NCBI GenBank assembly: GCA_965262735.1 | Contig: CBDHFS010000002.1 | Coordinates: 1,143,217-1,207,216, forward strand | DNA length: 64,000 nt | Source: Dehalococcoidia bacterium | GTDB taxonomy: Bacteria > Chloroflexota > Dehalococcoidia > Lucifugimonadales > UBA3495 | Direction of reading: 5' to 3' | Part shown: in pieces, positions 26,040 to 35,512 of the stretch | Layout: each line of letters begins with the position of its first letter | How positions within the stretch are numbered: the stretch's first letter is position 1 | Translations under genes and position numbers: made by a program | The notes under the pieces: model-generated | What the model was told of the DNA's origin: nothing | The model's input: the letters and a program-made list of their open reading frames with translations, nothing else | Databases searched by the model: none

Positions 26040-27400
26040 TACCTCCGCACCGTGCGGTTGGCAACGCGGGTCAGGGCGACCACTTCGCCCACGTTTGCCG
26101 CCCGGTCCAAGTCCCACAAAGCAGCCAACAGGGGTTCAACCTCGGCTGTGGGGAGGACGTCACCCACCAGTGCCCGGAACTTTTCGTCCAACTGAGCGTC
26201 GGTCAAAGGGTTTTCCGGCGCGCCGGTGGCGTGTTCGACGCGATGCCGGTGTTCCCGCCCATCCTGCAACGTAACGGTCACTTCGACGGCGTCTTCCGCC
26301 ATTGACTCGTCTATCGTCGCCTCGATGCGGTCCCGCAGCCCGGAAATCACCGGGTCCAGCACCCGGGCGTCGGTATATTGGGCCGGGAAGGCTCCGCCAT
26401 CCACCAACCCGACAGCCATGCTGTGCTGGTAAGAAAACTTGCCTTCCAGCCCCACCTGCGGGTTGGGCCGGTCCACCAACTCCAGCACCAGCGGATGCAC
26501 CCGGGCGGCGATGGTTTGCACATCTTCGTGGGTGACGCCGGCTTCATTCTTCAGGGCAATCATGGCGTCGATTAACGGGTGGTTCACCACCCCACAGGCG
26601 TAGGGTTTCAACCCGTTCATGGTCAGTTCCCAAGACTCGCCAAGACCGTCGGTGGCCCGTTCCAGGTGGCTGTTCTCCGACATCACCGCCGCAAAGCCGC
26701 GCCGTCCTTCCAGAATGGAAGTGGTGGACGTGAAGCCCCGTTGAGCCAGCAGGGCCGCCAGCACACCGCTCTCGGCCGACCGTCCGGGGTGGAAGGGCTT
26801 GGTCATGGAGCCGAAGACTTCCCGCACTCCCGCCGCCTGCGTTCCGGCGATGCCCAGCCCGTAGGTCATCTGCGCCAGGTCCAGGCCGGACAGCTTTCCA
26901 GCGGCGATTATTGCCCCGAAAACGCCGCAGGTGCCGGTGATGTGCCAACCCTCGTCGTAATGGTAGGGATGCACCGACATTCCGATGCGGCAGCAGACCT
27001 CCATTCCCAGCACCGCCGCCGAGAGCACATCCCGACCGCTGGCGTTCAGGTGTTCGCCCAAGGCCAGCGCCGCAGGCAAGACTGGCGATGAGGGGTGGAT
27101 GACCGTTGGGAAATGGGTGTCGTCGTAGTCCTCCAGGTGTCCCAAATACCCGTTGGCAAGGGCCGCGTTCTGCAAACTGGTGCGCGTACCGGCGCCCACC
27201 ACGGACGCCAGACTGCGCCCGCCTTCAACGTCAAAGACATCCAGCAGGATGTCCAGCGACGGGTCCCGGGATGCGTACAGGGCAACGGCCAGAAAGTTAA
27301 TCAGGCACCGCTTGCCCTCGTGGATGATGGCGTCGGGTATCCCGTCCGGTCCGCAGTCAACGACGTACCGGGCAATGTCTTCAGTGGTCCCCATGCTCAC
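26039..27400 (-). CDS. MmgE/PrpD family protein (2-methylcitrate dehydratase-like)
   Basis: 453 aa with the typical PrpD N- and C-domain pattern (DYDDTHFPTVIHPSSPV...). Confidence 0.85.
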   Translation of the reverse strand: MSMGTTEDIARYVVDCGPDGIPDAIIHEGKRCLINFLAVALYASRDPSLDILLDVFDVEGGRSLASVVGAGTRTSLQNAALANGYLGHLEDYDDTHFPTVIHPSSPVLPAALALGEHLNASGRDVLSAAVLGMEVCCRIGMSVHPYHYDEGWHITGTCGVFGAIIAAGKLSGLDLAQMTYGLGIAGTQAAGVREVFGSMTKPFHPGRSAESGVLAALLAQRGFTSTTSILEGRRGFAAVMSENSHLERATDGLGESWELTMNGLKPYACGVVNHPLIDAMIALKNEAGVTHEDVQTIAARVHPLVLELVDRPNPQVGLEGKFSYQHSMAVGLVDGGAFPAQYTDARVLDPVISGLRDRIEATIDESMAEDAVEVTVTLQDGREHRHRVEHATGAPENPLTDAQLDEKFRALVGDVLPTAEVEPLLAALWDLDRAANVGEVVALTRVANRTVRR

Positions 27401-27555
27401 CGCCTGTTATAGAAAGATTGCCCAAGAAAAAGGTGGGCGAATTATAGCATGGGCTGACAATCCGGTCAGAAAATATTGCAGCCCAGGGCAATCGCGTTAT
27501 AAATGGGCGCATTATTTGCTATGTAAATCGGCCCTCCCTCGGGTTGGCGCTTTTA

Positions 27556-27681
27556 TCTAATCGTGCCCCTTGCTGCAAGGTTGGGTGGTGGCTTCACAGC
27601 AGGGGGCACGAGGGTTTGTCTAATCGTGCCCCCCGCTGCAAGGTTGGGTGGTGGCTTCACAGCAGGGGGCACGAGGGACCG
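27556..27681 (+). repeat. Tandem 63-bp repeat (2 units), each a 14-bp-stem hairpin with a 21-nt G-rich loop
   Basis: Units start at 27556 and 27619. The stem is CGTGCCCCYYGCTG/CAGCAGGGGGCACG and the loop is CAAGGTTGGGTGGTGGCTTCA. Confidence 0.85.
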
Positions 27682-27688
27682 CAAATTT

Positions 27689-28082
27689 GCCGGAGTTTTT
27701 GAGACTGACCTGGGGGATACCGGGGAGTCGTTGGTTATTGACCCAGCCCAATTCCCGGTTGGGGAGGCGAAAAAGCTGGGAATACCGGACAAAAGCGGAC
27801 ATTTGAGCGTGGGGGCTGAGGATTTTTGTCCGGGTCTTGTCCGCTAATGTCTGGGCAATGTCTGGTTTTATCACCATTTTGTCTGGCTTTGTCACCCCTG
27901 AAATACCGGGGAACCGGCCCGGCGGTTTTGGGTGCGGAAGTTTTCCCGGTGTCATTTTGTGTCATTTTTGCCGGGAGCGCGGTTGCGCCGGAAAACTTCC
28001 GGGCAGCCCGTTCCCGAACGATATAAACACGACAGAGATATGGTAGCGGGGAGATACCGGAGTTGGAAAGGGGCAAGTGTCA
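27689..28082 (+). repeat. GACA/TGTC modular repeat element, copy A (two stem-loop units plus conserved 3' module)
   Basis: Aligns with 44054-44430. Shared blocks are GCCGGAGTTT, GACATTTGAGCGTGG, GGAAGTTTT, CGGGCAGCCC and ATATGGTAGCGGGGAGATRCCGG..TTGGAAAGGGGCAAGTGTCA. Confidence 0.8.
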
Positions 28083-28187
28083 GGTTGTGCCAGAACAATC
28101 ATGACGCGATTGCCCTCTGTTGCAGCCCCGTTGAGGGCTGCAACAGATAAACCAGGGTTGCCGGGCGCCGGCCTCAACCGGCATGGG

Positions 28188-28973
28188 CTAGTTGTCGGCG
28201 ACTCCGGCGGCTTCGCGGACGTCGGCGCTCAGGTGCTGCCCGTAGAACTCGAAGACCTTGTTCCAACCGTCAACGGCAGCGTGGACCCGGTAGCTGGGGC
28301 GGTCGACGGCGAAGAAGCCGTGACCGGCGTCGTCGTAGCGATGGAAGTCGTAGTTCTTGCCGTGCTGCCGGAGGGCCGCCTCGAATTCATCAACGTCAGC
28401 GGGAGAGGGGCGGGCGTCCTCGTTGCCGAACAGACCCAGCAACGGACAACTGATGCCCGCGGTGTAGTCAATGGGCGCAACCGGCTGGCGCGAGCGTTCG
28501 AGTTCGCCTTCGGGGACCTGGTTCACTCCGCCACCCCAGCAGTCGACTGCGGCGTCGATGCCGGAGAGGGTGCCGGCGGCGAGATAGACCTGGCGTCCGC
28601 CGGAGCAGAAGCCGATGATGCCAACCTTGCCGTTGTGATAGGGCAGGGCGCGCAGGACACCGATGGCGGCGGACACATCGCCCATCGTCCTGGCGTCGGG
28701 CATTCCACCAGCATCGCGGACACTCTCGCTGTTGGCCTGGGAGCTACCCTTGCCCTCGCGGAAGTGCAGGTTGGGGGAGATGCAGGCGTAGCCGTTGTAA
28801 GCCAGCTTGCGGGCCATTTCCCTGGAGGCGTCGTCCCAGCCGGGCATGTGGTGAATCAGCACCACGCCGGGAAAGGGACCTGCGCCCAAAGGACGGGCCA
28901 GGTAGGCGTCAATCTGGTCGCCTTCGTGTCCAACCATGTTGATGGTCTCAGCTATCAGTCCATTGTAAGGCAT
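28188..28973 (-). CDS. Dienelactone hydrolase family protein
   Basis: Start at MPYNG (GAGGAGG RBS). Cys nucleophile elbow GFCSGG. Confidence 0.75.
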   Translation of the reverse strand: MPYNGLIAETINMVGHEGDQIDAYLARPLGAGPFPGVVLIHHMPGWDDASREMARKLAYNGYACISPNLHFREGKGSSQANSESVRDAGGMPDARTMGDVSAAIGVLRALPYHNGKVGIIGFCSGGRQVYLAAGTLSGIDAAVDCWGGGVNQVPEGELERSRQPVAPIDYTAGISCPLLGLFGNEDARPSPADVDEFEAALRQHGKNYDFHRYDDAGHGFFAVDRPSYRVHAAVDGWNKVFEFYGQHLSADVREAAGVADN

Positions 28974-29068
28974 ATAGTTATTCCTCCTCGGTGGCTTGGT
29001 TAAGTGACCTGACATTTATGTCAGCTTGGGAGCCGATGCTTGAAGATTACTACCAGCGCAAATTGGTG

Positions 29069-29833
29069 TCAAACGACGCCGGTGTTGTCCAGAAAGGCGT
29101 TTAGCATCTGCCGCATTTGCGCCTGGTACGCCGGGGCATATTTGGCGAACTCACGCAGGTTCCGGGCCGACTCTTCCGCGGGGTCGAACCGACGGCCCAT
29201 CAGCCGGTAGTCGCCGGCCAGCTCCCGGTTCCACGTTTTCAGATCTGCCAGTGTCAACTGAGGCTCAAACTGGAACCCGTAGGAGTTGCCATACCGAAAG
29301 GCCAGGTTAATCTTCCGGTAGCGGCCGTCGCGCCGCAGCATATACCCTTCCGCCAGCTTCACCCCCCCGTCCGGCACGGAGAAACATTCGCCGTGGAGGG
29401 TGGGAACCAGCGGAATCTCAATCTCGCCGAACACCGGGTCTTCGGACCCGGCGGGGGTCACGTCAATCTTGCGCAGACCGAACTGGTAGCCGCCGGTGGG
29501 ACGCACGACTCCGCCCAGGGCAGCCGCCATCAACTGAGCGCCGAGGCATACCCCGAACACCGGCACGTCCCGCTCCATGGCATCCCGCAGGTAATGACGC
29601 TCTTGCCGCAGTGCGGGAAAGGCATCGTTGGCGGACATGGGCCCGCCCAGGGCGATAATCAACCCTACGTCCTCCAGGGCAGGCGCCGCAAAAGAGACGT
29701 AATCAGGCGCCCCGGCGTAGACGGGCAGGGTATCCACGGATATTCCCCACTCGGCCAGCACCGAGGAAAAGTTGCCGCCCAGGGTCTCAACCGGGTGATG
29801 CTGAATCACCAATGCCCGCGTCACAACGACCAC
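29069..29833 (-). CDS. Class I glutamine amidotransferase-like protein
   Basis: [16 protein letters not shown] nucleophile elbow. 254 aa. Confidence 0.7.
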   Translation of the reverse strand: MVVVTRALVIQHHPVETLGGNFSSVLAEWGISVDTLPVYAGAPDYVSFAAPALEDVGLIIALGGPMSANDAFPALRQERHYLRDAMERDVPVFGVCLGAQLMAAALGGVVRPTGGYQFGLRKIDVTPAGSEDPVFGEIEIPLVPTLHGECFSVPDGGVKLAEGYMLRRDGRYRKINLAFRYGNSYGFQFEPQLTLADLKTWNRELAGDYRLMGRRFDPAEESARNLREFAKYAPAYQAQMRQMLNAFLDNTGVV

Positions 29834-30342
29834 CCCTCGGGCGGGGCTGGCGATTGACGCAGTTGCTCCAAAACCAGCAGGTCGGTGGGAAAAGCCAACG
29901 GTTGGGGCAGCTCAGTGAGGGGGAAGTAACCCACGGCATCCAGGTCGTCGCCCGCTTGCAATTCTCCGCCGGTGACGCGCCCCCAGAACCAGATTCCCAC
30001 CGTCAAGGACTGGGGGTTGTGGAAGTTGGAATGGACGGCGCACACCGGCCCCAACTCGACCAACAGGCCGGTCTCTTCCAGGAACTCCCGGCGGGCGGCA
30101 TCCCGAACGTCCTCGCCCCATTCGACGTAACCGCAGGGAATGCACCAATGCCCTTCATACCCGCCCCGGGAGCGGCGCCCCATCAGAATTGTCCCGCCGT
30201 CAAGCAGCACCACCGCCACGCCGACGGCGGGATTCCGGTAATGGACAAACCCGCAGCCAGGGCAGGTGGGACGCGCCAACCCGCCCCGGTCCCGCATTTC
30301 CAGTTGGCCGGCGCAAAGGGGGCAGAAGCAGTAATCGGGCAT
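29821..30342 (-). CDS. NUDIX hydrolase with N-terminal zinc ribbon (NudC-like architecture)
   Basis: CPLC...CPGC zinc ribbon and NUDIX box [23 protein letters not shown]. Confidence 0.8.
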   Translation of the reverse strand: MPDYCFCPLCAGQLEMRDRGGLARPTCPGCGFVHYRNPAVGVAVVLLDGGTILMGRRSRGGYEGHWCIPCGYVEWGEDVRDAARREFLEETGLLVELGPVCAVHSNFHNPQSLTVGIWFWGRVTGGELQAGDDLDAVGYFPLTELPQPLAFPTDLLVLEQLRQSPAPPEGWSL

Positions 30343-30365
30343 AAGGACCTCTTCGTCGTTATGGT

Positions 30366-31940
30366 TTAGCCTGACTGACGCCCCCGACGCAGCGCCCGTC
30401 CCGGCAGAGCCCCGGTGTTTTCGCCCCGGTCAATGACCACCTGCCCGTTGACGATTACGTAGTCAATGCCCACCGGGTAATGCTTGGGGTCTTCCCTAGT
30501 AGCGTGGGTCTTCACCGTGTCCGGGTTGAACACCACGATGTCTGCCTTGAACCCGTCCCGCAGCAACCCCCGGTCGGGAATCCCCAACCGTTGGGCCGGG
30601 AAGGATGTCATCTTGCGGATGGCTTCGGGCAGCCGCAGATGTCGCTCGGCGCGGACAAACTCAGCCAGCACGATGGGGAAGCAGCCGTAAGTCCGGGGGT
30701 TGGGGTACTCGCCAAAGAGAATAGCGTCGCTGGCAATCATCCCATAGGGGTGGGACACGAAGGCGGGCAGAGTCTGGGGATTGGTCCCCAGCCCTACGGT
30801 GGAGAGGCCCAGGTTTTCCTCCAGCAACAGGTCAAAGAGGGCATCAGCCGGGTCCTGGCCCCGCATTTCGCCGATGTCGGTAATCAGCCGCCCGTCGTAC
30901 TGCCGGTTTTGCGGCTGGGTGAAGTTGGTCAGCCAGTTGTTTTCCAAGCGGTCGCGCACCAATTCCTGCTTCATGCGCTCCCGGTCGTCCTGGTCCCGCA
31001 ACGCCGCCATCAGACGCTCCGGCCCGCCGTCCTTAGCCCAGTGGGGCAGGCCAATGGTAACGGTGGTGCCGGAATACGGGTAGGTGTAGCAGTCAAAGGT
31101 GACATCCAGACCCTCGGCGCGGGAATCGTCCACCAATCCCAGAAAGTCCAAGTGGCTGCCGACGCCCTGCGCCGGCTGGCGGTAGTGGGTCAAATGCACC
31201 GGCACACCGCTGCGGCGGCCGATTTCCACCGCCTCCTCCCAGGGAGCCAGCACCCCGTTGGCCCGCAGGCTGGCGCGCGTGTGGGTGTGGTAGATGCCGC
31301 CCAGAGACGCAGACGTCTCGGACAGGGCCGCCAGTTCGGCGGTGTCGGCGTAGGAACCCGGGGGGTAGTCCAAGCCGGTAGACAGCCCCCAGGCCCCCTC
31401 TTCCATCGCCTCCCGCACCACCGCCTTCATGTCGGCCAGCTGCGCCGGTGTGGACGGCCGGTCGTGCCACCCGACGCTCCAGATGCGGACGGGCGCGTTG
31501 CCCAAGATGTAGGCGATGTTGACGGCGACGGTGTTGTCGTACTTGCCCAGCAGTTCGGCGACGGTCAGCCAGTCGGCGGGCATGGGCGGGTAGCCGTTCA
31601 GGCCCGAGTCCAGCCAGATGTAGCGGTGCAGTTCATCCTGAGTCTTGAACGGGGCGTGGGAAATTCCGTCAATGCCGACCAACTCGGTGGTGACGCCCTG
31701 CCGCACCTTGGGGTCGTGGTGCGGCTCGCCCAGGATGGTCAAACCGGCGTGGGAGTGCAGGTCTATGAAACCCGGACAGACGACGCATCCCGCCGCATCG
31801 ATGATCCTGGCGGCCTCTAGGTGGGACACGTCCCCCCGGTGAACGGCGACGCGTTCTCCCTCGACGGAAACCGCGGCGTAGAAGCCGGGGCTGCCGCTGC
31901 CGTCAATAACCTGGCCGTTGGTGATAAGCAGGTCTAGCAT
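30366..31940 (-). CDS. N-acyl-D-amino-acid deacylase (D-aminoacylase) family amidohydrolase
   Basis: Start set at [27 protein letters not shown]. Confidence 0.8.
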   Translation of the reverse strand: MLDLLITNGQVIDGSGSPGFYAAVSVEGERVAVHRGDVSHLEAARIIDAAGCVVCPGFIDLHSHAGLTILGEPHHDPKVRQGVTTELVGIDGISHAPFKTQDELHRYIWLDSGLNGYPPMPADWLTVAELLGKYDNTVAVNIAYILGNAPVRIWSVGWHDRPSTPAQLADMKAVVREAMEEGAWGLSTGLDYPPGSYADTAELAALSETSASLGGIYHTHTRASLRANGVLAPWEEAVEIGRRSGVPVHLTHYRQPAQGVGSHLDFLGLVDDSRAEGLDVTFDCYTYPYSGTTVTIGLPHWAKDGGPERLMAALRDQDDRERMKQELVRDRLENNWLTNFTQPQNRQYDGRLITDIGEMRGQDPADALFDLLLEENLGLSTVGLGTNPQTLPAFVSHPYGMIASDAILFGEYPNPRTYGCFPIVLAEFVRAERHLRLPEAIRKMTSFPAQRLGIPDRGLLRDGFKADIVVFNPDTVKTHATREDPKHYPVGIDYVIVNGQVVIDRGENTGALPGRALRRGRQSG

Positions 31941-32055
31941 AAAATACCCCTGAGATGTCTTTCGAGGCCCCCGGCCTCGGGGAGTTTCCTGGACGGAAAT
32001 TATCCGGGACACGTTGGGGGGCGTTTTACCACCAGACCTGCGGCGGACATCAACA

Positions 32056-32370
32056 CTAACCCAAAGATCCTCTCTCGCAAGTTAAAAAAACCGATGCAAA
32101 TGCCACAAGAACTCCGGCGACAAATATCAGGACAAACTTCCTGCTGGGCTGGGCCCCTGTCCCTAGAGTAAACTTAAGTCCAACGCCCACAAGGGCGTAA
32201 ACAGGCATTGCCGCTAGGCTGAGCTTGCAGGCCCGAGCCCTCAGACCGTCAACAACCCCGGGGTTTACTCCCCCAATTTTACAGCCGCTCGCGTTAACAT
32301 CGTCGTATTCCGCCGCCGCAGTCGAAACTCCTCCGATATAGAGAGAAGCAAGCAACAAGAGGATCGGCAC
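32056..32370 (-). CDS. Hypothetical small membrane protein
   Basis: 104 aa in a low-GC patch, with hydrophobic N- and C-terminal helices. No family recognised. Confidence 0.35.
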   Translation of the reverse strand: MPILLLLASLYIGGVSTAAAEYDDVNASGCKIGGVNPGVVDGLRARACKLSLAAMPVYALVGVGLKFTLGTGAQPSRKFVLIFVAGVLVAFASVFLTCERGSLG

Positions 32371-32429
32371 AAAAACCAGAAGTTTCGACCTTTGAATGGA
32401 ACTCCCGCTGAATGGAACTCCCGCATCCT

Positions 32430-32474
32430 GATAACAAACAATGGAAGGGGGCTGCGAAGTCCAGCCTCCCCCTT
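32430..32474 (-). terminator. Putative intrinsic terminator of the upstream amidohydrolase gene
   Basis: On the minus strand: AAGGGGGAGGCTG-gacttcg-CAGCCCCCTT, followed by CCATTGTTTGTTAT. Confidence 0.4.
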
Positions 32475-32548
32475 AAGGTTGTAGGTCGACATCGAGACTC
32501 CACTGCCCTAACTTTGGGCAAGGGTGACACCAGCGGTTCCCACCGACT

Positions 32549-34150
32549 CTACCCCTCAAACACCGTCCGTCCCCCAACTATTGTTCGCTCCACCGGGATG
32601 TCCTTGATGGTCGTAGGATCAACTTCCCGAGGGTCGGCGCCCAGGACTACCATATCCGCCAGCTTGCCAATCTCAATGGAACCCTTGAGGTCTTCTTCAA
32701 AGGAGGCGTAGGCGCCGTTGATGGTGTACAGCTTCAGGGCTTCTTCCACAGTTACTTTTTGGTTGGCGCCCCATACGTTGCCCCGGCTGTCGGTGCGGGT
32801 GACGCAGCTCTGAATACCCAGCAGCGGCTCAAACGGCCCCGGCGGGTAGTCGGTGGCGCCAGTGGAGACCACGCCGTAGTCCAGGAACGACCGCTGGGCA
32901 AACATCCACTTCAACCGTTCCTCGCCGTAGAAGGGCATCTTTTCCCCGTGGTGGTAGACGTAGGTGCAGAAAGGGGTGGCGATGGTTCCCAGGGCGCGCA
33001 TCCGGTTGAGGATTTCCGGGTTGACCAGGGTGCAGTGCTCCACCCGGTGCCGCGGGTCGTTGCGGGGAAAGACTTTTTGGGCCTTCTCGTAAGCCCTGGT
33101 CACCATATCAATGGCAACGTCACCGTTGGCGTGGATGCACACCTGGAAACCGGCCTCGTGCATCTGCATCACGTTCTGTTCAACTTCTTCCGGCTCCATT
33201 GCCAAGATGCCGTGGTCGCAATCGCTGCCGATGTATGGTTCCGAAAGGTAGGCGGTGCGGGCGGCGATGGCCCCATCCGCCACCATTTTGATGCCGCCCA
33301 GCCGCAGGAGGTCATCGCCAAACCCAGTCTTCAACCCCGCATCCCGCAGCGCCGGAAAGTGAGGGTAGTACATCAGGGCATACACTCGCAGCGACAGGTC
33401 TCCGGCGTCCCGCCCTTCCTGGTAAGTGGCCAGCTCTTCCTGCACCACCCGGGCATCATGGACGCTGGTCAGCCCGGCCCGATTCAGCATTTGGCAGATG
33501 GTGGTCAGCCCCTGGCGGCGAATCTCCGGGGTCTCCGGGGGAATCAGCCCGAACCGCACTGGTTCGATGGCCCGCTCGTACACCACACCGTTCAGTTCGC
33601 CCGTGTCGGAGTGGCGGCCCATGCGTCCTCCGGGCGGGTCCGTCGTCTCGTTGTTGAACCCGGCAACTCTCAGAGCGGCGCGGTTCAGGTAGTAGATGTG
33701 CCCGGCGCGGTGGGCCACCATAATGGGATGATGCACGCTCACCGCGTCCAGGTCTTCCCGGAACAGGAAACGGTTCTCCGCGGTCTTGGTGTCGTCGAAC
33801 TTGAACCCCTGGACCCACTGACCGGCGGGGGTGGACGCCACCCGCTCGGCCAAAGCCGCCTGAATTGCGGCGATGCTGGGCAAGTCGCAGTCCGCCGCCA
33901 TGACGTGGCGGATGCCGCTGTTGAGGACATGGATGTGGGCGTCAATGAAACCCGGTATGACGGTCTTGCCGGCCAAATCCAAAACCTCGGTGCCGGGACC
34001 AACCAGATTCGAGACTTCGGCCCCGCTGCCGACGGCGACAATTCGGCCGTTGAGAACAGCCACGGCCTCAGCCTTTGGTTGCCGCGGGTTGATGGTGATA
34101 ACGTTGGCGTTGCGGATAACCGTGTCTGCTTTGAGGGTGTAAGTTGACAT
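32549..34150 (-). CDS. Amidohydrolase_3 (YtcJ-like) metal-dependent hydrolase
   Basis: 533 aa. IPGFIDAHIHV...CIHANGD...HRVEHC. Confidence 0.8.
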   Translation of the reverse strand: MSTYTLKADTVIRNANVITINPRQPKAEAVAVLNGRIVAVGSGAEVSNLVGPGTEVLDLAGKTVIPGFIDAHIHVLNSGIRHVMAADCDLPSIAAIQAALAERVASTPAGQWVQGFKFDDTKTAENRFLFREDLDAVSVHHPIMVAHRAGHIYYLNRAALRVAGFNNETTDPPGGRMGRHSDTGELNGVVYERAIEPVRFGLIPPETPEIRRQGLTTICQMLNRAGLTSVHDARVVQEELATYQEGRDAGDLSLRVYALMYYPHFPALRDAGLKTGFGDDLLRLGGIKMVADGAIAARTAYLSEPYIGSDCDHGILAMEPEEVEQNVMQMHEAGFQVCIHANGDVAIDMVTRAYEKAQKVFPRNDPRHRVEHCTLVNPEILNRMRALGTIATPFCTYVYHHGEKMPFYGEERLKWMFAQRSFLDYGVVSTGATDYPPGPFEPLLGIQSCVTRTDSRGNVWGANQKVTVEEALKLYTINGAYASFEEDLKGSIEIGKLADMVVLGADPREVDPTTIKDIPVERTIVGGRTVFEG

Positions 34151-34291
34151 CGCGCCTCTGCGAACCTCCCGACCGTTGCTGCCGGGTATAGTCCCATTTT
34201 TGCATGGAAATGTCCACGGTCTTCACCCATTTAATCCGTCCGCCCCCGCGGATACAGGGGCAATCCCAGCGAGAGCCGCAGCGCTTCCTTA

Positions 34292-34325
34292 TCCAGGGGG
34301 TTTGGGGGATGAATCCCCCAACGTA
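34292..34325 (+). repeat. Solo hairpin core repeat
   Basis: TCCAGGGGGTTTGGGGGATGAATCCCCCAACGTA. Confidence 0.85.
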
Positions 34326-34438
34326 TCCCACTCCATCCGCCCTGATACCCTCGGACGGCATCTTTGTTGACCCTCCGGCAGGCGCCGCCTATACTCGGCC
34401 CAAATCCAGCCGGAAAACAGTCTTAGAAGGGGGAAACT

Positions 34439-35377
34439 ATGGCGATTTTGGTATTGGGCGGGACCGGCTTCATCGGCCCTCGACTCATCCGCAAACTCGT
34501 GGAGCGGGGCAACGATGTGGTCTGCATGGACATCAACCCCGGCGCCGCTGATTTCCCTGGCATGGAAGACCAGGTGCGAGTCATCCGCGGCGACGTCACC
34601 CAGTTTGAGGACGTCGTCCACGCCGTCACCGTCGCCGAACCCGACCGGATAATCAACTTAGCCTATCTGCTGGGCGGCGGGGAAATCAATCCTCACCTGA
34701 ATATGCGCCTCAACATCCTGGGCATGGACAACTGCTTCGAGGCTGCCCGTTTGTTGGGAGTCAACCGGGTGGTGTACGCCAGTTCCATCGCGGTCAGCGG
34801 CCAACAGAGCAACTTCGGCGACCGGCTGGTCAACGAGGACGACGGGATGTTCGGGACCAGCCAGTACGCCACCCACAAGATTTTCAACGAGTTCCAAGCC
34901 ATGATGTATATCCAGAATTACGGGTTGTCCATCACGGGAATCCGCCCCGCCAACGTAACCGGGCCGGACAAGGTGCGGGGATCGACCGACCACGTGCAGT
35001 GCATCACGCTGCCGGCGCGGGGCGAACCGGTCAGCTTCCCGTACCAGTCCATGATGCGTCTGCCCATCCACGTTGAAGACATCGCCGAGGTATTCGCCCG
35101 GGTGCTGCTGGTGGACTCCGGCCACCACCCGGTCTACAACTCCGGCGGCCACGCCATCAGCCTGGGCGACCTAGCAAACATGGTGCAGGAATTCCTGCCC
35201 GAGGCACGAATTAGCTTCGACCAGGAGGGCGGGTTGGAGCAGTCGGGCAACTACCTGGTGGACAACAGCCGACTACTGGACGAGTTCGAGATTACCTACG
35301 CCCCATTCCGCCAAAGGGTGCTGGAGATAATCAACGACGTGCGGGCAGAGGAGGGACTGCCACTGGTGGCGGGGTAG
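34439..35377 (+). CDS. NAD-dependent epimerase/dehydratase (extended SDR)
   Basis: VLGGTGFIGPRLIRKL Rossmann motif and YxxxK (YATHK). Confidence 0.8.
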   Translation: MAILVLGGTGFIGPRLIRKLVERGNDVVCMDINPGAADFPGMEDQVRVIRGDVTQFEDVVHAVTVAEPDRIINLAYLLGGGEINPHLNMRLNILGMDNCFEAARLLGVNRVVYASSIAVSGQQSNFGDRLVNEDDGMFGTSQYATHKIFNEFQAMMYIQNYGLSITGIRPANVTGPDKVRGSTDHVQCITLPARGEPVSFPYQSMMRLPIHVEDIAEVFARVLLVDSGHHPVYNSGGHAISLGDLANMVQEFLPEARISFDQEGGLEQSGNYLVDNSRLLDEFEITYAPFRQRVLEIINDVRAEEGLPLVAG

Positions 35378-35512
35378 ACGGACGAAGGGCATCGCCATTT
35401 GGTAGCGCGGCCCTCCGGTAGCATTTCTGTACGCTTGCCGCTATCATACGCCTGTACCTGGAAGAACCAAAACGGATAACCAACGGTATCGCACCGAAAG
35501 GAGGATGCACCA

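Noticed and set aside
27556-27681. Possible CRISPR array.
   Set aside because: There are only two directly abutting 63-bp units with no spacers. The other hairpin repeats are irregularly spaced over tens of kb, and no cas genes are present.
28040-28082. tRNA-like or tRNA-fragment att site (TGGTAGCGGGGAG..., resembling the reverse complement of a tRNA 3' end).
   Set aside because: Only about 8 nt match the tRNA-Glu 3' end. No T-arm or acceptor pairing can be drawn, and the block is simply the conserved 3' module of GACA copies A and B.
28118-28147. Perfect 12-bp hairpin CTGTTGCAGCCC-cgttga-GGGCTGCAACAG as an intrinsic terminator of the dienelactone hydrolase gene.
   Set aside because: It lies 40 nt past the stop but has no U-tract on either strand. 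I kept it only as a note and not as an annotated terminator.
27837-28150. Small ORFs inside GACA elements (27837..28046, 27932..28150, 44163..44495) sharing (D/N)MVAGR(Y/C)R(S/F)WKGASV.
   Set aside because: The shared peptide reflects shared DNA. The few A/B differences in that block are non-synonymous (TAC/TGC, AGT/TTT). The ORFs otherwise differ in frame and length, and there are no RBSs.
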